From Bacteroidota bacterium (GTDB taxonomy: Bacteria; Bacteroidota; Bacteroidia; B-17B0; Aurantibacillaceae), in the NCBI GenBank assembly GCA_013288015.1, contig JABDCR010000006.1, positions 7,752-71,751 of the forward strand: DNA of 64,000 nt. The letters are read 5' to 3'. Made by a program: the position numbers and the translations under genes. Under the pieces are notes generated by a model. That model was given only the letters and a program-made list of their open reading frames with translations, did no database searches and was not told the origin of the DNA. This document shows, one piece after another, positions 59,314-64,000 of this stretch (its first letter is position 1; each line of letters starts with the position of its first letter).

Positions 59314-59530
59314 AATACTAAAGAATTTTATGCTGCAAGGTAACAAAGAAATTTTTGATTGTAATTTTTGCTTCGTAAGATATAAGGAAGGTGGATTTGC
59401 TAAACCATGACTGTATGATGGGTTTTTTATCGAAAAAACCCAGTTTTCTGTTTAAATTTATTAACTTTTAGTTAATGTACTATGGTTTGAATTTGTTTTT
59501 TCGTACCTTTTAGCCGTAAAATTTTAACTC

Positions 59531-59899
59531 ATGACAAGGAAACTATTTTTAATACTTCAGGCTATACCGTTTTTTGTATTTGCTCAAACCATAACGGGTA
59601 GTTTTAAATTAGTAAATAATCGACATCCCGAACAAGAAAGTTTTTATATTTCTTCAATTACTAAAGCTAATATGGAGAAGTACAGATTGAAAGACAAAGA
59701 GGTTACTTTAAAATTTGAAAATGGTTTTGAGTGTGTGCTGTTTTCGGCGAAGGAATTGTTTATGAATGGCAGGAATATTAATGCGGCAAGTTATGAGGAA
59801 AATTTTCCTGCTAAATATTCTTTGCCCTATTTTAATATATTGGATAGTGGGCAATTGATGGCGGTGTATGAGAGTGAACGAAAAAAACAAACGAAATAA
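59531..59899 (+). CDS. Small secreted hypothetical protein
   Basis: Signal peptide ending FAQ; stop lies 6 nt before the giant gene. Confidence 0.7.
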   Translation: MTRKLFLILQAIPFFVFAQTITGSFKLVNNRHPEQESFYISSITKANMEKYRLKDKEVTLKFENGFECVLFSAKELFMNGRNINAASYEENFPAKYSLPYFNILDSGQLMAVYESERKKQTK

Positions 59900-59905
59900 C
59901 CGACA

Positions 59906-62900
59906 ATGAAAAAACTATTATTATTTGCTTTTATATTATTTTCTACGATTTTGTTGGCTCAGCCTGCCAATGATAATTGTGCAGGGGCACAAGCTTTGGG
60001 TACTTTAGGTAACCCTGCCGCTTGTGGAGCTGGGGTACAAAATGGAACAACAAGTACTGTAGCAGGTACCCTGAATGGTGCAACCCCTGAAAACCCATAT
60101 GTTACCGAGGCCCCTTGTACAGGTGGAAGTATGGCGGCTCCGGGAAATGATGTTTGGTATTCTTTTACATGTCCGCCTAATGGAGTGCAAGGAACGATTA
60201 CAATTACCGGTGCGGCTTTTACACCTAATGTGGCTGTGTGGCAAGGAACCTGTGCTGCTATGACGGGGGTGGGATGTGCACTTGGCACTCCAGGTAATTG
60301 TACTGTAAATTTACCTTCACTTGTACCAGGTAACACTTATCTTATACAAGTTTCAGGAAACACGGGACAAACAGGAAACTTCACTTTACATGCGACTGCC
60401 TTTGTGGATTGTTCGGTTTGTAATCAATCTTCTGTTTTAACTGCTACCCCGCCGGCACCTTCCACAGGTTATGCGCCCGGGCAAACAGTTCATTTTTGTT
60501 ATCATGTATCTAATTGGGATCAGGTTAATGTTAATTGGTTGCACGGTGTTACAGTTACTTTGGGAGCCGGATGGAATGCAGCAAGTGTAGTTGCTACTCC
60601 TCCAGCATCTTGTGATGGAAACGGAACCTGGGCTTATTATCCTGCTGGTCAAACCAGTTGTGCATCAGGTGTTTTATGGGGTGCAGGGTTTTACTATACC
60701 TCTAGTTTGGGTGTTAGCTCTTGTCCGGCAGACGGGCCAGGGAATACATACGGAGATAATTGTCAGGGTGCAATTGCTGCGGGTACTTGGAATTTTTGTT
60801 TTGATGTTACTGTTGCCGCAGGGTGTAATCCGGGAGCTAGTTTAGCAGTAAGCTGTTTGAGTAGTGGTGATGGGCAGTCGGGTAGTTGGAGTAGCACAGG
60901 TTGCCTTTCAGATGTTGCTGCAAATGCTAATTCTTCATTAAATTGCTGCCCACCTACCATGAGTATGACAGGTGCTACATGTGGAGCAACAGGTTCTGCA
61001 ACAGCCAGTGCTATAGTGGGGGGTGCGGGGTCACAGGCACCTTATGTTTTTCAATGGACTGGTCCTAGTGGTGCAGTGTCTACAACTACGGTTAACCCAG
61101 GAACCTCCAATACTGTAAATAATTTACCTGCAGGAACCTATACGGTTGTTGTTACCGATAAAAATTTATGTGCATCAACAAATACTATTGTAGTAACAGG
61201 TGGTGGTGGTATTACATCGGCTGTTACGCCACATAATATTACTTGTGCAGCAGCGGGTTCCATAACAACTACAAATGCAACAGGTGGCACAGCACCTTAT
61301 ACTTATTCATGGACAGGACCCGGGGCTTTTGCTTCAGGGGTACAAAGCCCAACAGGGTTGACTACCGCAGGTGTTTACACACTAACAGTTACAGATCATG
61401 TTGGCTGTACGTTTACTATAACTGCTAATGTTGCACAAACCGGTGCTATTACTGTTACAGTAAACAGTCCGACTGTATGTGCGGGAGGGTCAGTTAATTT
61501 AACTGCCGGAGGAGCTACAACATATAATTGGAGTACGGGTGCTACTACAAACCCAATTACCGTAACTCCAGGTGCTACTTCTTATACTGTGGTGGGTACA
61601 ACAGGTACTTGTACAAATTCGGCAGTATCTACAGTAGCTGTAACCACATTACCTGTGGTAACAGTAAATAGCGCGACTATATGCCCAGGAGGTAATGCGA
61701 CACTTACCGGTGCGGGAGCTACGACATATAGTTGGAATACAGGTGCAACTACGGCAGCCATAACGGAATCGCCAGGAGCAACCACAAGTTATACAGTAAC
61801 AGGAACAGCTAATACGTGTACTAATACGGCAGTTGGTACAATTACTGTTGGTGGGGGAATAACTGTGAATGTAAATAATGCAACTATATGTGCAGGTACA
61901 TCAACGGTGTTGACAGCAAATGGAGGCACTACGTATAGTTGGACACCGGCAGCAGGTTTAAGTGCAACTACTGGAGCGACTGTAACAGCTAATCCCGGGG
62001 CTACAACAACTTATACCGTAACTGGAACTTCAGCAGGATGTACCGGAACTGTGACATCTGTAGTAACCGTAAATCCAATTCCGGCTGTGACAGCATCAAG
62101 TACATCAGTTTGCGCAGGCAATGCGGGAACGATTACGGCAGGAGGCGCTACGACCTATAGTTGGAATACAGGCGCTACCACAGCAGCTCTTACAGATTCA
62201 CCTGTTGCAACAACATCTTATACAGTAATCGGTACTTCAAACACTTGTACTAATAGTGCCGTAGGCACTATAACTGTAAATCCGGTACCGACATTAACAG
62301 TAACATCGGCCAGCATATGTAACGGAGCCGGACCAGCAACGTTGGGGGTAAGTGGGGCAAATACTTATACATGGACGGGCGGAGGAATAACGGGAAGTAA
62401 TTCAACAGCTCCGAGTGATAATCCTGCTGTCACAACAGTATATACTGTGAACGGAACAAGTGCACAAAGTTGTACAGCCACGGCTACAGGAACGATAAAT
62501 GTAATAGGTACACCTACTATATCGGTTGTGGGCGGTGCTATTTGTAAAGGGCAAACAACGTTGATTTTAACGGCTAATAGTAACGCTGCAACATTTGCAT
62601 GGAGCCCGGCGGCAGGTTTAAGTGCAACTACGGGTAGTTCGGTTACAGCAAATCCGGCAGCAACTCAAACCTATACCATAGTGGGTACAGCAGGTACTTG
62701 TACGGTGAGTACAACAGCTGTTGTTACGGTAAATAATCCTCCGGTATTAGTTGTAACAAGTAGTACGATATGTCTAGGTCAACAAATAGGTACAGTAACT
62801 GTAGGTGGAGCCAGTACTTATACTTGGACTGGCGGAGGCATTACTGGAAACACAACAACCAACCCTACAGATAATCCGGCAAATACAACCTCATATACTG

Positions 62901-64000
62901 TAAATGCAACCGATGTAAATACTTGTACAGCTACTGCTACAGCAACTATAACTGTAAATCCTTTACCTCTTGTTAGTGTTAACTCCCCTTCAACTTGTAA
63001 TGGATCTACGGCTACATTAACAGCAACAGGGGCAACAACTTATTCGTGGACTGCAGGTTTAAGCTCAACAACCGGAACAAGTGTTACGGGTAGTCCTGCT
63101 ACTACAACCCCTTATACAGTAACTGGTACAGACTTAAATGGTTGCACAAATACGGCTGTAGCAACTATAAATGTAATAAGTAATCCGACTATTACTGTAG
63201 CTAATGGTGCTATGTGTATTGGGCAGCAAACAGTTAATTTAATAGCAAACAGCAACGCTACAAGTTTTGTATGGAGCCCTGCTGCTGGTTTAAGTGCTAC
63301 TACAGGAAGTTCTGTCACAGCTAATCCAACAACAGTTGGGCCAAATGTATATACGGTTGTTGGAACAGCGGCAGGATGTACAGTAAGTACTACTGCAACT
63401 GTAACTGTTTATGCTTTACCCGTACCTACCGCATCTACCAATATACCTTGTGAAACAGAAAACCCGCTTAATTTAACTTCTACCGTTGCTCCGGCAGGAG
63501 TTTATACATATAGTTGGTCAGGTCCAAATACGTTTACCGCAAATATTCAAAATCCATCTATTACTAATTTGAGCAATGTAACACAAGTGGTGGCAGGAAC
63601 GTATACTGTTTTGGTTACTGATGCTAATAGTTGTTATAACTCAGCTACAGTAACAGTAATTGTAAATCCTAAACCGACTATAACGGCAACAGGAGCTACG
63701 GTTTGTGTGGGGCAAACAATTAATCTAACTTCAAATGGAGCTGGTGCTGGAGGCGTTTATATTTGGAATGGACCGAATACATATAGTTCGTCTCCAAATC
63801 CTAATGCTTCAATTACAAATGCCGTTACAAATATGACAGGAATTTATAGCGTTGTAGGAACGGATGTTAATTTTTGCTATGCTAGTGCAGCAGTGCAAGT
63901 GCAAGTTAACCCCTTGCCTATAATAACTATAACATCAGGTACAATATGTGTAGGACAAGAAACAGCAACTTTAACAGCTGGCTCATCAAATGCAGGAACA
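59906..64000 (+). CDS. Giant secreted repeat protein (SprB/PKD/Ig-like repeats; probable T9SS-exported adhesin), truncated by window end
   Basis: Manual translation MKKLLLFAFILFSTILLAQPANDNCAGA...DVWYSF...; repeated TICxGxxxTLTAxGAxTYSW...TTxYTVTG...C units; frame appears open to 64000 (at least 1365 codons; spot-checked, not fully translated). Confidence 0.85.
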   Translation, partial: MKKLLLFAFILFSTILLAQPANDNCAGAQALGTLGNPAACGAGVQNGTTSTVAGTLNGATPENPYVTEAPCTGGSMAAPGNDVWYSFTCPPNGVQGTITITGAAFTPNVAVWQGTCAAMTGVGCALGTPGNCTVNLPSLVPGNTYLIQVSGNTGQTGNFTLHATAFVDCSVCNQSSVLTATPPAPSTGYAPGQTVHFCYHVSNWDQVNVNWLHGVTVTLGAGWNAASVVATPPASCDGNGTWAYYPAGQTSCASGVLWGAGFYYTSSLGVSSCPADGPGNTYGDNCQGAIAAGTWNFCFDVTVAAGCNPGASLAVSCLSSGDGQSGSWSSTGCLSDVAANANSSLNCCPPTMSMTGATCGATGSATASAIVGGAGSQAPYVFQWTGPSGAVSTTTVNPGTSNTVNNLPAGTYTVVVTDKNLCASTNTIVVTGGGGITSAVTPHNITCAAAGSITTTNATGGTAPYTYSWTGPGAFASGVQSPTGLTTAGVYTLTVTDHVGCTFTITANVAQTGAITVTVNSPTVCAGGSVNLTAGGATTYNWSTGATTNPITVTPGATSYTVVGTTGTCTNSAVSTVAVTTLPVVTVNSATICPGGNATLTGAGATTYSWNTGATTAAITESPGATTSYTVTGTANTCTNTAVGTITVGGGITVNVNNATICAGTSTVLTANGGTTYSWTPAAGLSATTGATVTANPGATTTYTVTGTSAGCTGTVTSVVTVNPIPAVTASSTSVCAGNAGTITAGGATTYSWNTGATTAALTDSPVATTSYTVIGTSNTCTNSAVGTITVNPVPTLTVTSASICNGAGPATLGVSGANTYTWTGGGITGSNSTAPSDNPAVTTVYTVNGTSAQSCTATATGTINVIGTPTISVVGGAICKGQTTLILTANSNAATFAWSPAAGLSATTGSSVTANPAATQTYTIVGTAGTCTVSTTAVVTVNNPPVLVVTSSTICLGQQIGTVTVGGASTYTWTGGGITGNTTTNPTDNPANTTSYTVNATDVNTCTATATATITVNPLPLVSVNSPSTCNGSTATLTATGATTYSWTAGLSSTTGTSVTGSPATTTPYTVTGTDLNGCTNTAVATINVISNPTITVANGAMCIGQQTVNLIANSNATSFVWSPAAGLSATTGSSVTANPTTVGPNVYTVVGTAAGCTVSTTATVTVYALPVPTASTNIPCETENPLNLTSTVAPAGVYTYSWSGPNTFTANIQNPSITNLSNVTQVVAGTYTVLVTDANSCYNSATVTVIVNPKPTITATGATVCVGQTINLTSNGAGAGGVYIWNGPNTYSSSPNPNASITNAVTNMTGIYSVVGTDVNFCYASAAVQVQVNPLPIITITSGTICVGQETATLTAGSSNAGT

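Noticed and set aside
59959-63318. Several short ORFs on both strands in the ORF track
   Set aside because: They lie within the long plus-strand frame starting at 59906 and are shadows of its codon bias

Overview
AT-rich bacterial chromosomal DNA from a Bacteroidota organism, judged from gldH, a short sigma70 lacking region 1.1, Bacteroidota-type PurF and long GAPDH, and many TAnnTTTG -7 promoter boxes. It holds about 55 CDS, mostly housekeeping and envelope genes; I saw no rRNA, tRNA or CRISPR array. Three regions stand out. (1) A complete 2,486-bp IS1-family cargo element (9423-11908) with an exact 8-bp target-site duplication (CTTAGGTA) and imperfect GGTA-starting inverted repeats, inserted just upstream of the predicted rpoD promoter. 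It carries four small passenger ORFs and a ~150-nt non-coding segment that can fold into a long hairpin plus a 9-bp pseudoknot. (2) A co-oriented lipid cluster (33.3-40.9 kb): Sfp-type PPTase, a bacterial ceramide-synthase-like GNAT, an AUR1-like PAP2 protein, then AT/DH/KS/KR and a polyketide beta-branching-type HMG-synthase, with no ACP or enoyl-CoA hydratase in the cluster. A non-coding AAGGGCCAAC repeat tract follows it. (3) A giant Thr/Gly/Cys-rich repeat protein starting at 59906 and running off the window end, absent from the ORF track. All functional calls come from motif recognition by eye; no database searches were run.
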